The notes beneath the pieces are model-generated. The model made no database searches, was not told where the DNA came from, and was given only the letters and a program-made list of their open reading frames with translations. The position numbers and the translations under genes are program-made. Shown here in pieces: positions 19,684 through 29,466 of a stretch of 64,000 nt of DNA; position 1 is the stretch's first letter, and every line of letters begins with the position of its first letter. The stretch comes from Bacteroidota bacterium. GTDB lineage: Bacteria; Bacteroidota; Bacteroidia; AKYH767-A; 2013-40CM-41-45. The stretch spans positions 36,370 through 100,369 of the forward strand of contig JANPNV010000002.1 in the NCBI GenBank assembly GCA_031427625.1, in the 5' to 3' direction.

Positions 19684-20222
19684 AATATTTTTATTCGTCC
19701 TCCTTTATAGTAATACTTAAGATAATAAGGATCATTAAGATCACTTACTATTACTCCGCGATGGACACTTGCATGAGCAAATTTGTTTTGTCCGAGATAT
19801 ACACCAACATGCGATATCCGTTTACTTTTTATCTTAAAAAATATCAGATCGCCTTCCTGAAGATCGTCCCTTTTCACCGCATCAACTTTCTTGAAAATTT
19901 CCTGTGCAGAACCATCAAGCGGATTGTTGTAACAATCCTTATAAACCCTGCAAACAAATCCGGAGCAATCAATTCCCTTTTTATTGCCTCCGCTATATTT
20001 ATAGGGTACTCCAATCCATTCAGATATCGTCTTGTAGATTCTGGGATTGCTGACGTATCCAATGTTAAATCCCAGTGAATTAGAAAAAATAAATCGCCAT
20101 TGTAATTGCTGCTGCTCCCTGTCCGGTGACTCCTTTTCACCGGGCATATCGGAGGTTGCTGCTTTTCCAAACAGGCAAATAAAAACAAAGAATACGGTAA
20201 CAAAGCCGGTTCTCTTTTTCAT
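19680..20222 (-). CDS. NlpC/P60 (C40) family peptidoglycan peptidase, secreted
   Basis: A signal peptide is followed by the catalytic Cys in GIDCSGFV and by His in ISHVGVYLG. Confidence 0.8.
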   Translation of the reverse strand: MKKRTGFVTVFFVFICLFGKAATSDMPGEKESPDREQQQLQWRFIFSNSLGFNIGYVSNPRIYKTISEWIGVPYKYSGGNKKGIDCSGFVCRVYKDCYNNPLDGSAQEIFKKVDAVKRDDLQEGDLIFFKIKSKRISHVGVYLGQNKFAHASVHRGVIVSDLNDPYYLKYYYKGGRIKIL

Positions 20223-20224
20223 CT

Positions 20225-21622
20225 TTATTTCTTTATCAGCAAAACGACATTTTCAACGTGAGATGTATGTGGAAACATATCGACAGGTTGTACCTTTTCT
20301 ATACGATAATCGTTTTCAAGAAGTTGCAAGTCACGCGCCTGTGTAGAAGGATTACAACTCACGTAAACTATTCTTTCTGCTCCTGACTTTCTCATAGACT
20401 CTACAACGTCGGGGTGCATTCCTGCACGGGGAGGATCAGTTATAATAACGTCTGGTTTTCCATTTTTATTGATGAAGTCATCATTCAATACATTCTTTAT
20501 ATCACCTGCAAAGAAAACAGAATTAAGAATATTATTCTCAGACGCATTAATACGTGCATCATTGATTGCATCTTCGATATAATCAATGCCACATACCTGC
20601 CTGGCCTTTGAGGCAATAAACGATGCTATCGTGCCTGTTCCTGTATAGAGGTCATATACATTTTCAGTTCCGGTAAGTCCTGCAAAATCCCGGACAATCT
20701 TATAGAGAGCATAAGCCTGACTCGAATTAGTTTGATAAAAAGATTTGGCACTAATACGGAAATTTAAATTTTCCATTTTCTCAATAATATATTCCCTTCC
20801 CGAAAATAAATGAACTTCCTGATCAAAAATTGAATCATTCTTTTTTGAGTTGATGATATATTGCAATGAAGTAATGAAAGAAAAGGAATCTCTTAAATAA
20901 TTCATAAGTAAGTCCCTGGATTGTTTTTCATCATCATGCAATACAACAATAACCATCCATTCACCAGCATCCGTATTCCTGATTATGAGGTTACGCATTA
21001 ATCCGGTTTGTGAGTTCAGGTCAAAAAAACTCATGTTATTTTCAATGCAGAAATTTCGAACAGCCAGGCGTATTGTATTATTTCTGTCATCTTGCAGATA
21101 ACACGTTTTTATATCAAGTATCTTATCAAAACGCAAGGGAACATGAAAGCCAAGAGCGGGTGAATCTCTTGTTGTATCACTATTCAATTCTTCTTTTGTA
21201 AGCCAAGTACGATTTGAAAAAGTAAATTCAAGTTTATTTCGATAATACATCATCTTATCAGATCCAAGAATTGGCGATATCGATGGTAAGGTCAATTTTC
21301 CTATTCTGTCTAATGCATCTTCAACTTGCTGCTGTTTAAATGCCATTTGCTTCTCATAGGAGAGGTGCTGCCATTTGCATCCGCCACATACACCAAAGTG
21401 ACTGCAAAAGGGTTGTACTCTGTCGGCTGAAGCCTTTCGGATATTGACAGCCCGGCCTTCGGCATAGCTCTTCTTATTCTTAAAAATATATACGTCTGCA
21501 ATATCGCCGGGAACGGCCCCTTCAACAAAAAAGACGAAACCATCTACACGGCCTACTGCACGACCATCATTTCCGATCGATACTATCTCAATATTCTCTA
21601 CTATACTGTCTCTGCTATACAT
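20225..21622 (-). CDS. rlmD: 23S rRNA (uracil-5)-methyltransferase RlmD (RumA family)
   Basis: It has a TRAM domain and an Fe-S cysteine cluster (CSHFGVCGGCKWQH), the SAM motif DLYTGTGTIA, and DPPRAGMH. Confidence 0.85.
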   Translation of the reverse strand: MYSRDSIVENIEIVSIGNDGRAVGRVDGFVFFVEGAVPGDIADVYIFKNKKSYAEGRAVNIRKASADRVQPFCSHFGVCGGCKWQHLSYEKQMAFKQQQVEDALDRIGKLTLPSISPILGSDKMMYYRNKLEFTFSNRTWLTKEELNSDTTRDSPALGFHVPLRFDKILDIKTCYLQDDRNNTIRLAVRNFCIENNMSFFDLNSQTGLMRNLIIRNTDAGEWMVIVVLHDDEKQSRDLLMNYLRDSFSFITSLQYIINSKKNDSIFDQEVHLFSGREYIIEKMENLNFRISAKSFYQTNSSQAYALYKIVRDFAGLTGTENVYDLYTGTGTIASFIASKARQVCGIDYIEDAINDARINASENNILNSVFFAGDIKNVLNDDFINKNGKPDVIITDPPRAGMHPDVVESMRKSGAERIVYVSCNPSTQARDLQLLENDYRIEKVQPVDMFPHTSHVENVVLLIKK

Positions 21623-21681
21623 GGCGCGAAATTAATCAATTAGACCTGTCTACCTGATATTTTGTTTGTATTTTTGTCACC

Positions 21682-22911
21682 ATGAAATTTACAGACGAAA
21701 AAATGCTTACTGATGTAGCGATGGCACTCGAAAGCCGTTATGGAGCTCATAATTATCATCCACTGCCTGTTGTACTTGAAAAAGGCGAAGGTGTTTTCGT
21801 CTGGGATGTTGAAGGAAAAAAATATTACGATTTTTTATCTGCCTATTCTGCTCTTAATCAAGGCCACAATCATCCTAAAATAGTTAATGCTCTGATAGAG
21901 CAGGTTAAGAAACTATCTCTGACATCGCGTGCATTTTACAATAATGTTTTAGGCGAATACGAACAATTTATCACCGATCTGTTTGGTTACGATAAGGTTT
22001 TGCCGATGAATACAGGTGCAGAAGGAGTGGAGACTGCCCTAAAACTTGCTCGCCGTTGGGCTTACGTTAGAAAAGGTGTTCCGGAGAATCAGGCAAAGAT
22101 AATTGTTGTAGACGGAAATTTTCATGGGCGCACAATCACTGTGATTTCCGCAAGCTCTGATCCGGATTCATATGGAATGTTCGGCCCTTTCACTCCTGGT
22201 TTTATTAAAATTCCTTATAACGGTTTAGCTGCATTGGAAAATGCATTACATGATGAAAATGTTGCCGGCTTTTTAGTAGAACCGATCCAGGGCGAAGCAG
22301 GAGTTGTTATTCCCGATATCGGATATCTCCAAAATGCTTTTTCACTTTGTAAACAAAAAAATGTCCTTTTCATGGCCGATGAAATACAAACCGGACTAGG
22401 ACGCACAGGAAAGATGCTTGCCTGCGATCATGAAAATGTACATGCCGATATATTGATTCTCGGGAAAGCTCTCTCAGGCGGACTCTTGCCTGTATCTGCT
22501 GTACTGGCTAATGATGATATAATGCTTTGCATAAAACCCGGTGAGCATGGAAGCACCTACGGAGGGAATCCTCTGGCAGCAAAAGTTACCATTGCAGCAT
22601 TAAATGTACTTGTCGACGAAAAACTTGCTGATAATGCTGAGCGACTTGGAAAAATATTATTGGAAGAATTGAAAATGATCAAGCACGATCACATCCAATT
22701 GGTGCGGGGTAAAGGGTTGTTTTGTGCAATGGTCATCAAACCAAAAGACGGCAAAGATGCATGGGATGTTTGTATGGCATTAATGAACAAAGGTCTTCTG
22801 GCAAAGCCTACTCATGGAGATATCATACGTTTTGCGCCGCCATTGATTATTAATGAAACTCAATTGCGGGAATGTATTGAAATTATCAAGTTGGTAATGG
22901 CTGAATACTAA
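21682..22911 (+). CDS. rocD: ornithine aminotransferase (class III PLP aminotransferase)
   Basis: The N-terminus is OAT-like ([39 protein letters not shown]) and the PLP lysine region is present ([11 protein letters not shown]). Confidence 0.85.
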   Translation: MKFTDEKMLTDVAMALESRYGAHNYHPLPVVLEKGEGVFVWDVEGKKYYDFLSAYSALNQGHNHPKIVNALIEQVKKLSLTSRAFYNNVLGEYEQFITDLFGYDKVLPMNTGAEGVETALKLARRWAYVRKGVPENQAKIIVVDGNFHGRTITVISASSDPDSYGMFGPFTPGFIKIPYNGLAALENALHDENVAGFLVEPIQGEAGVVIPDIGYLQNAFSLCKQKNVLFMADEIQTGLGRTGKMLACDHENVHADILILGKALSGGLLPVSAVLANDDIMLCIKPGEHGSTYGGNPLAAKVTIAALNVLVDEKLADNAERLGKILLEELKMIKHDHIQLVRGKGLFCAMVIKPKDGKDAWDVCMALMNKGLLAKPTHGDIIRFAPPLIINETQLRECIEIIKLVMAEY

Positions 22912-22946
22912 TCATGCAATAAATGCTGTTGATACCACTTCAACAA

Positions 22947-23456
22947 TTATTTTTCACACAGTTCTTTTATCGCTTCTAAAGCAGATTTATCACCAAGTTC
23001 AGCTGCTTTATGCAGGTCTTTACATGCCGGTTCCTTCCGATCCAATGCTAAATTTGCTGCTGCACGATTAAAATATAAATCCTTGTCAGTAGAGTCAAGC
23101 GCTATGGCTGTTGTATAATCTGCAATAGCCTCCGGGTAATTTTTTAACTCAAAATGTGCATTAGCCCTATAATAAAACAACTCAACACTTTCTGAGTCGA
23201 TGGTAATTGCTGTATTGTAATCGGCAATGGCATTGGCATAGTTCTTCATGAGGTACCTCATATACCCACGATAATAAAGGGCTTCTGTATTTGCAGTATC
23301 TGTCAAAAGGACTTTATCAAAATCTAAATAAGCCCCTTTGTAATTCTTTGCCTTTTCCTTTTCTATTCCGCTGTCGATCAATTCGCGGGAAGAACTTTGT
23401 CCGAATATGCTATTAATAAATAAATAAAAAATTATAATAAGGCAACTTCTTCTCAT
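22947..23456 (-). CDS. tetratricopeptide repeat protein with signal peptide
   Basis: Three 34-aa TPR units repeat the YYRG.....NY.NAIADYNTAI pattern. Confidence 0.7.
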   Translation of the reverse strand: MRRSCLIIIFYLFINSIFGQSSSRELIDSGIEKEKAKNYKGAYLDFDKVLLTDTANTEALYYRGYMRYLMKNYANAIADYNTAITIDSESVELFYYRANAHFELKNYPEAIADYTTAIALDSTDKDLYFNRAAANLALDRKEPACKDLHKAAELGDKSALEAIKELCEK

Positions 23457-23462
23457 CTTAAA

Positions 23463-23672
23463 TTATTTTTTTCGTGGCGCATTCATGATTCTACGGTGTT
23501 CAACTCTCTTTTGAATAATCCTATGTTTCAAATACCTGCGTGCTGGTTTTATGATAAATGGCCTGCTTTCCTTATGAATAATAAGAACTCTCGTCGTCTG
23601 AACGGCATTCGCCTCATTGACAGGAACTGCCTGACACAAAATAAAGATTATAAATATCAGTATAAGTTTCAT
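23463..23672 (-). CDS. small hypothetical secreted protein with a highly basic C-terminus (69 aa)
   Basis: Only an ORF with a signal-peptide-like N-terminus is visible, and it may be spurious. Confidence 0.25.
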   Translation of the reverse strand: MKLILIFIIFILCQAVPVNEANAVQTTRVLIIHKESRPFIIKPARRYLKHRIIQKRVEHRRIMNAPRKK

Positions 23673-23726
23673 AGTACTTCAAATGTAATTATATATCTTT
23701 TTTAATTTCCAACTTTACGAATAAAA

Positions 23727-24502
23727 TTAAATTTTCTTAATAAGATCCTTGATTTTTTTATCAATACTTGCCAATAAATCAGACGCTTGTTTTGCAGGAG
23801 GAAAAACTTCTTCATGAATTTTCAACATTTCAAGCAATTGCTTTGAGTGTAATTCTGCATCTTTCAATCCGCCAATCATTGATAAATTTAATCCTTCTTC
23901 CAGATTGCCTGTGACAGCCCGCCTGTGAATTACTTTCATCCTTTGTTTGTTTTTCTGAAGTTCAGAACGCTGGCGTAACAGACTTATTCCGCCGGATACC
24001 AGAAGCATGGCAAACACTGCTGACAAACTAACAAGAATAAAAGAAAAGTTACGTTTAAAATTTTTGTGTTTAGAATCAAGTTCGTTATTCTGATCGATCA
24101 GCGTAGTTAACTGAGAACTTAAATCTTTTTCTTCTAAATCATCTTTTTCCTGACGAATACCTGCCGAGTTAATCGCATCATTAATTGTACTACTTTATCT
24201 TGCGAAAGAACTTTCTCTTTATATTCCAGGTATCTGTTAAATGTCTCATATGCCTGCTTAAAATGATTATTTTCCATATAGGCAGAAACAATTATCCGAT
24301 ACGACTCCATGATCAATGTATCCTGTCCTGGCACAAAATCATTCTCATAACGCTTCAATGCTGATACAAGTCCATCTAACACCTCAGGTTTCACATATTG
24401 CATCTTTGCCTTGGTATGAATTGTCTCAAGCTCCTGAATACTTTGAGCCTGATTATCCAATCCGGAAAGAAGAAATATTATTAAAAATAATTTCGACTTC
24501 AT
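23727..24502 (-). pseudogene. frameshifted and C-terminally truncated paralog of the adjacent sensor-kinase-like gene
   Basis: Two consecutive ORFs (24134-24502 and 23727-24026) sit in different frames. The first encodes a signal peptide plus a periplasmic domain, and the second a TM helix plus coiled coil (TTG start). The second frame stays open upstream to about 24197, overlapping the first ORF, and the layout matches residues 1-200 of the intact neighbour at 24506-25762. No ATPase domain follows. Confidence 0.5.
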
Positions 24503-24505
24503 AAT

Positions 24506-25762
24506 TTATGAGATAAAGAATTTAATATAAACATCTGTACTGTTTCCTTCTTCACTCTCAATCTTAATTTCTCCCTTATGCATTTCATTGATTATAATCT
24601 GACCAACATATAAACCAAGTCCGCATCCTTCATTTATCGGTTTTGTTGAATAGAACTCACCTGTAGACTGCTGAAGATTTATATCGTTCATTCCAATTCC
24701 GTTATCTCTTATACGAATCTGTAAAAAACGTGGTAGAATCCGTGTACTTACTGCAACTTTGGGCTGATAACCTTTTATTCCTAACTGTTGCTTTTCTTTT
24801 ACCGATTGAAATGCATTCATCAGAACATTTAGAAGAAGGGAACCCACTGCTTCCGGGATAATTTTAATTGTCGGTAGCTTTTTTTCCAAATCTCGTGTAA
24901 CCTGACAGTTAAAACCTTCCGGCTTTTCAATTCCGCGCCAGGCCATTTCCAGAAATTGCTCACATACAATGTTTATATCCGTTGCAATTTTTTCTTCACT
25001 TGGTTCAGCGGCCTGACTAAGCACAGCAGCTGCAACCATAACTTCAGTTTCAATTGCTCGCTTTCCAATATCTCCATTCGCTGAAATAATTTTCCAATCA
25101 CCCGGAACTTTAAGGTTGGCCGCCCCATCATTAATAATCGTCATAAGCGAACCATAATCCTCCTCAATTTTTCGCAATGATGGCATCACCTCATTCAATT
25201 TTTCAATTAATATTCCTGTTTTTGAGGAATACCTTTCAAGGATGTTCAATTGAGATGCAGAATCATTCAGTCTTTTCCTTGCACTATTCAATTTTTTCTT
25301 CCTGAATTGAAGTAGTAATAAAACAATCGTTAACCATAGGACAAATGAAATTAATGCTTTCCGCACAAGTCCATGATATTTATTTTCAAGCTGTTCTTTT
25401 TTTTCAGTTAGTTCTCCAATTTGATCCTTATGATTTTTTATAACTGTTTTTTGTGCGGCAGATTTAAATTGATAATTTTTCTCGATCTGCTTTAAAGTGT
25501 CAGAAAGTTCTGCTTCGTATAAAGAATCAAGTAAGGAATCATAGGTTCGTAAACGTTCTACAGCAAACCTGTTTAGATTTTTATTTACAAAATCCAATGC
25601 ACGATGATCATGATATTCCAGAATCTCTTTGTTGGCGGGATTGCTCAGCGGAACATTCTCATGCCTTGCACTTGCCGTTAATCCGGATATTGCAAATGAA
25701 ATAAAAAACAGGATCTTCCCTGCAAAATTAGTTGATGACATATTTTCCTGTAAGTATTGCAA
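24506..25762 (-). CDS. membrane sensor histidine-kinase-like protein (HATPase_c present, canonical H-box not seen)
   Basis: It has a signal peptide, a periplasmic domain, a TM helix (ISFVLWLTIVLLLL) and a coiled coil. The N-box (LLLNVLMNAFQS), G1 (IRIRDNGIGM) and G2 (GCGLGLYVGQ) motifs are present. Confidence 0.65.
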   Translation of the reverse strand: MQYLQENMSSTNFAGKILFFISFAISGLTASARHENVPLSNPANKEILEYHDHRALDFVNKNLNRFAVERLRTYDSLLDSLYEAELSDTLKQIEKNYQFKSAAQKTVIKNHKDQIGELTEKKEQLENKYHGLVRKALISFVLWLTIVLLLLQFRKKKLNSARKRLNDSASQLNILERYSSKTGILIEKLNEVMPSLRKIEEDYGSLMTIINDGAANLKVPGDWKIISANGDIGKRAIETEVMVAAAVLSQAAEPSEEKIATDINIVCEQFLEMAWRGIEKPEGFNCQVTRDLEKKLPTIKIIPEAVGSLLLNVLMNAFQSVKEKQQLGIKGYQPKVAVSTRILPRFLQIRIRDNGIGMNDINLQQSTGEFYSTKPINEGCGLGLYVGQIIINEMHKGEIKIESEEGNSTDVYIKFFIS

Positions 25763-25883
25763 AATACAAAAGTTCGATCGGCTACTTCATAGTTTTCCTG
25801 TCTAATTATCAACGAATGATTGTGTATGAAACTAAACTTGAATAGTACAGAAAGTTTAAGCAAATTGTGCTTTTAAAGAAGGC

Positions 25884-27818
25884 ATGATTCAAAGAATAAA
25901 GAAAGCTCTGAAAGTCGTAATACTACTGGTATTGTTCGTCTTAATAGTGTATTTTTCTTTTAGAAATTCCCTGCTGGAATGGGGTATAGCTAAAGGAGAA
26001 GGCGTAATATCTGAAAAAACGGGGGCTGCTTTAACTATTCGTTCTGGCCGTTTTACAGGATTTTCAACAATATCACTGGAAGATATTCTTCTTGTTCCGG
26101 TTTCTGGTGATACAATTATTAAAGCAGATTCTGTTAGGTTCACCCTATCAGGATGGAAGCTTTTAACCGGCACCATCCGGATAAATGATTTATTCTCATC
26201 GAATGTCGTCATAAACTTATCTTGCCATGACAGTATATGTAATTACAGTAGTTTAATCAATCATGAAAAAGTATCTGCCGGACAAACAGGAACTAATTAT
26301 TCTGTATTGTTCAGAAGAATGCTTGATCGGTTATTTAATCTGGCACCACAAAGTGCATCTCTACATAACATTTCGCTTTTATACAGAAACGATTCAATTT
26401 ATCGCAAACTTACTATTCTAGAATTTAAATCAAACGAAGATTCACTCGCAGGCATTGCTGTGGAAGATAGGAACAATGAAAAATGGTTATGTAATGGTAA
26501 ATTTTCTCAGTCGAAGCATGCTCTTAACCTGAATGTTTATCCTGCCGATGGAAGTAATGCTTCTTTACCGTTAACAAAAGAAATATTCGGACTTACTGTT
26601 CGATTCGATACTGTTAATATTGCTTTGAACAGTTATAACTGGCATAGTGACAATTTTAGCACTGAGGGAAAATTTTCAGTGAAAAGTCTTGTTGTCTTCC
26701 ATCAGCGAATTGCTGAAGATACAGTCAAAATTCCATCAGCATCATTCAATTTTATATTTCATGCCGGTAAAAAATATCTGGAAGTGGATAGTACTTCTGA
26801 AGCAATGATTTCAAATATTCTCATTCATCCATACCTTTGGTATTCTACGGATAGTTCCAAAATATATGCACTAAAAATTAAAACAGAAAAATTAGCTGCG
26901 AATGATTTCTTCGCCTCATTACCAGAAGGGATGTTCGATGAAGTACGCGATCTTGGCGCTGATGGAACATTGAGTTATTCACTTGACTTCAGACTCGATT
27001 CCGGCGAACCTGACAGTCTTATTTTTGAATCAGGGTTAAGAAAGGAAAAGTTCAGGTTGAGGAAATTCGGATCAGCAAATATTCTTAAAATGAATGGTGA
27101 GTTTATGCAGTCTGTCTATGAACATGACAAGCTTGTTCGTGTTTTTCCGGTAGGTCCATCCAATGAATATTATACGCCACTCGATAAGATTTCACCCGAA
27201 TTTATTAATTCTGTATTAACTTCAGAAGATGGCAGTTTTTTATTTCATAACGGGTTTAATGAAGATGCGTTCCGGAAATCTATAGTGGCTAATTTTAAAG
27301 CCGGAAAATTCGTAAGAGGAGGAAGTACTATCAGTATGCAACTCGTCAAAAATGTATTCCTGACCAGAAAGAAAACAGTTGCACGAAAAGCAGAAGAGGC
27401 ACTGCTGGTATGGTTGATTGAGAACAACCGGTTATACACAAAAGAAAGAATGCTGGAAGTTTATCTTAATATTATTGAACTTGGCCCCGATGTTTATGGT
27501 ATTGGTGAAGCATCAGAATTCTATTTTAATAAAAAACCATCTGAGATAAATCTATCTGAGGGAATTTTTCTCGCAAGCCTTCTTCCGCGTCCGAAGTGGT
27601 TCAAGTACAGTTTTGATGCGGAAGGGAATTTGAAACCCTATCTGGCCGATTATTACAGAATAGTATCTGATTTTATGCTCAGAAAAAACCTGATCACTGC
27701 TGAAGAACATGATCAACTACTGCCACATGTCGTTTTAAGTGGCCCAGCCAGAGATATGATTATCCTTAAGGATACAGTTCCGGAAGAAGGAGAAATTCCA
27801 CTTATGCAAGGGAATTAA
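25884..27818 (+). CDS. transglycosylase (GT51) domain-containing protein with a large N-terminal membrane-anchored domain
   Basis: The C-terminal third carries GT51 motifs (EDGSFLFHNGFN, GGSTISMQLVKN, and an RK.EE.... region). An N-terminal TM segment is present. Confidence 0.75.
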   Translation: MIQRIKKALKVVILLVLFVLIVYFSFRNSLLEWGIAKGEGVISEKTGAALTIRSGRFTGFSTISLEDILLVPVSGDTIIKADSVRFTLSGWKLLTGTIRINDLFSSNVVINLSCHDSICNYSSLINHEKVSAGQTGTNYSVLFRRMLDRLFNLAPQSASLHNISLLYRNDSIYRKLTILEFKSNEDSLAGIAVEDRNNEKWLCNGKFSQSKHALNLNVYPADGSNASLPLTKEIFGLTVRFDTVNIALNSYNWHSDNFSTEGKFSVKSLVVFHQRIAEDTVKIPSASFNFIFHAGKKYLEVDSTSEAMISNILIHPYLWYSTDSSKIYALKIKTEKLAANDFFASLPEGMFDEVRDLGADGTLSYSLDFRLDSGEPDSLIFESGLRKEKFRLRKFGSANILKMNGEFMQSVYEHDKLVRVFPVGPSNEYYTPLDKISPEFINSVLTSEDGSFLFHNGFNEDAFRKSIVANFKAGKFVRGGSTISMQLVKNVFLTRKKTVARKAEEALLVWLIENNRLYTKERMLEVYLNIIELGPDVYGIGEASEFYFNKKPSEINLSEGIFLASLLPRPKWFKYSFDAEGNLKPYLADYYRIVSDFMLRKNLITAEEHDQLLPHVVLSGPARDMIILKDTVPEEGEIPLMQGN

Positions 27819-28299
27819 GGTGCTCAATTTTTTCCTGTAAAGCCCGGAATTCAGGATGATCATTGAAGGTTTGTCGGATGGTTATTAAAAAATTCTGAGC
27901 CTGCAATAAGTAAAAACTTCTGACCCGAATGAATTCATCCTCATTCGTCTCACCGCTTTCAATAGCCATAGCCTTTAAGTCGTCGCCTATTTCACAAAGA
28001 AAAATGCGGCAACTTAATTCCAGCAATGAATAAAAAAACAGAACTTCTTCGAAATCAAAGCTCATTACTTCTCCGACTTCGAACTGCCAGTTATGGACTT
28101 CAAATTCTTCCAGCATTTCATCTTCAAATACATCGAGACGCATGGCCTCTCTGATTAGATCATAATGAGGGTGAATCAGAATAAATTTACCTGCAGCAAT
28201 AGAGATATTTACGAGTTGTCTGAACTCGCGGGTAACCTTAATACTGAGCTTATCGCCATATAAAACCAATGCTGCCATATCTGTCATACAAATGTACAA
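27802..28299 (-). CDS. hypothetical protein
   Basis: It is ORF-only with no recognised motif. Its 3' end overlaps the convergent transglycosylase gene by 17 bp. Confidence 0.35.
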   Translation of the reverse strand: MYICMTDMAALVLYGDKLSIKVTREFRQLVNISIAAGKFILIHPHYDLIREAMRLDVFEDEMLEEFEVHNWQFEVGEVMSFDFEEVLFFYSLLELSCRIFLCEIGDDLKAMAIESGETNEDEFIRVRSFYLLQAQNFLITIRQTFNDHPEFRALQEKIEHLNSLA

Positions 28300-28399
28300 T
28301 TGAAAATGTTACTTTCCATGCAACTTAGATTTTTACATTTCAACATAATTCTTACATTTAATTATTACCTTGTACCAAACGAAATTTTCCTAATATCAT

Positions 28400-28981
28400 A
28401 TGCTTGGATTAAAGTTACCAACAGATCCTCGGTGGGTCAACATCGTCGAAAAAAATATCGAAGAAATTCTTACTGATCATGCCTATTGTGAACAGAAAGC
28501 AACAACAAATGCCATTAACCTTATCGTCCATTTTCCGGAATGTACTGAATTGGTTAATGCGATGCTCGACCTTGCAAAAGAGGAACTCGAACATTTTCAA
28601 CTTGTTCATGAAAAAATAAAGGAAAGAGGTTTTGTTCTTGGTAAAGAACGACGTGATGAATATGTCTTCGAAATCAATAACTTCATCCGTAAAGGTTACC
28701 AGCGACATTTCGTTTTGGTCGACAAATTACTTTTTTCAGCACTTGTAGAAGCAAGAAGTTGCGAGAGGTTCAAAGTCCTCTCTGAAAATATTGCTGATGA
28801 AGATTTAAAGAAATTTTATCGTGAATTGATGATTAGCGAAGCGAATCACTATACACAATTCATACGACTAGCAAAACTTTACGCAAACGGTATTGATGTT
28901 GATAAACGCTGGGAGGAATTTCTGGATTACGAAAAAGGCATTATTCAGAAATATGGTAATAAGGAAACCATTCATGGCTAA
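28400..28981 (+). CDS. miaE: tRNA-(ms2io6A37)-hydroxylase
   Basis: The N-terminus is MiaE-like (LKLPTDPRWVNIVEKNIEEILTDHAYCEQKA) and the sequence has ferritin-like di-iron E..H pairs (EELEHF, EANHY). Confidence 0.7.
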   Translation: MLGLKLPTDPRWVNIVEKNIEEILTDHAYCEQKATTNAINLIVHFPECTELVNAMLDLAKEELEHFQLVHEKIKERGFVLGKERRDEYVFEINNFIRKGYQRHFVLVDKLLFSALVEARSCERFKVLSENIADEDLKKFYRELMISEANHYTQFIRLAKLYANGIDVDKRWEEFLDYEKGIIQKYGNKETIHG

Positions 28982-29018
28982 TAACATCCTTGGTAATCAG
29001 TTGAGCTAAACTAATTTT

Positions 29019-29450
29019 CTAAATAGCATTGCCTGATTCAAACTCATATTTTTTTATCGCAATTTTCCAGGCTTCGTTTACCGGTATGGAACAATTATTT
29101 TCATAATCATACATCACAACCACAGTTGCAGCCGTCGAAACAGGAACTTCTTTCTCTGATTCAATTTTTAGCATCTGATGCAGCATTGTAAAACTCTTCG
29201 TTCCGATTTTTGAACAACATGTTTTAATCAAGATAATATCTTTGAAGTTAACCGGAATAAGAAAGTCAGTTTCTGAGTGAGCAAGGATAATTCCCGTTTT
29301 CGCCCATCCATATTTCCATCCCACGATATCATCAATATATTTAATCCGCGCTTCTTCAAAGTAGGTAAGAAAACAGGCATTGTTTACATGACCGAAAGAA
29401 TCCATATCGGAGAATCGAAGCGCTACTGAAGTCTTATGACTGAATTTCAT
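29019..29450 (-). CDS. acyl-CoA thioesterase (hotdog fold, YbgC/4HBT family)
   Basis: The 4HBT-family motif RFSDMDSFGHVNNACFLTYFEEAR is present and the length is 143 aa. Confidence 0.75.
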   Translation of the reverse strand: MKFSHKTSVALRFSDMDSFGHVNNACFLTYFEEARIKYIDDIVGWKYGWAKTGIILAHSETDFLIPVNFKDIILIKTCCSKIGTKSFTMLHQMLKIESEKEVPVSTAATVVVMYDYENNCSIPVNEAWKIAIKKYEFESGNAI

Positions 29451-29466
29451 CCGGATAAATGTGAAC

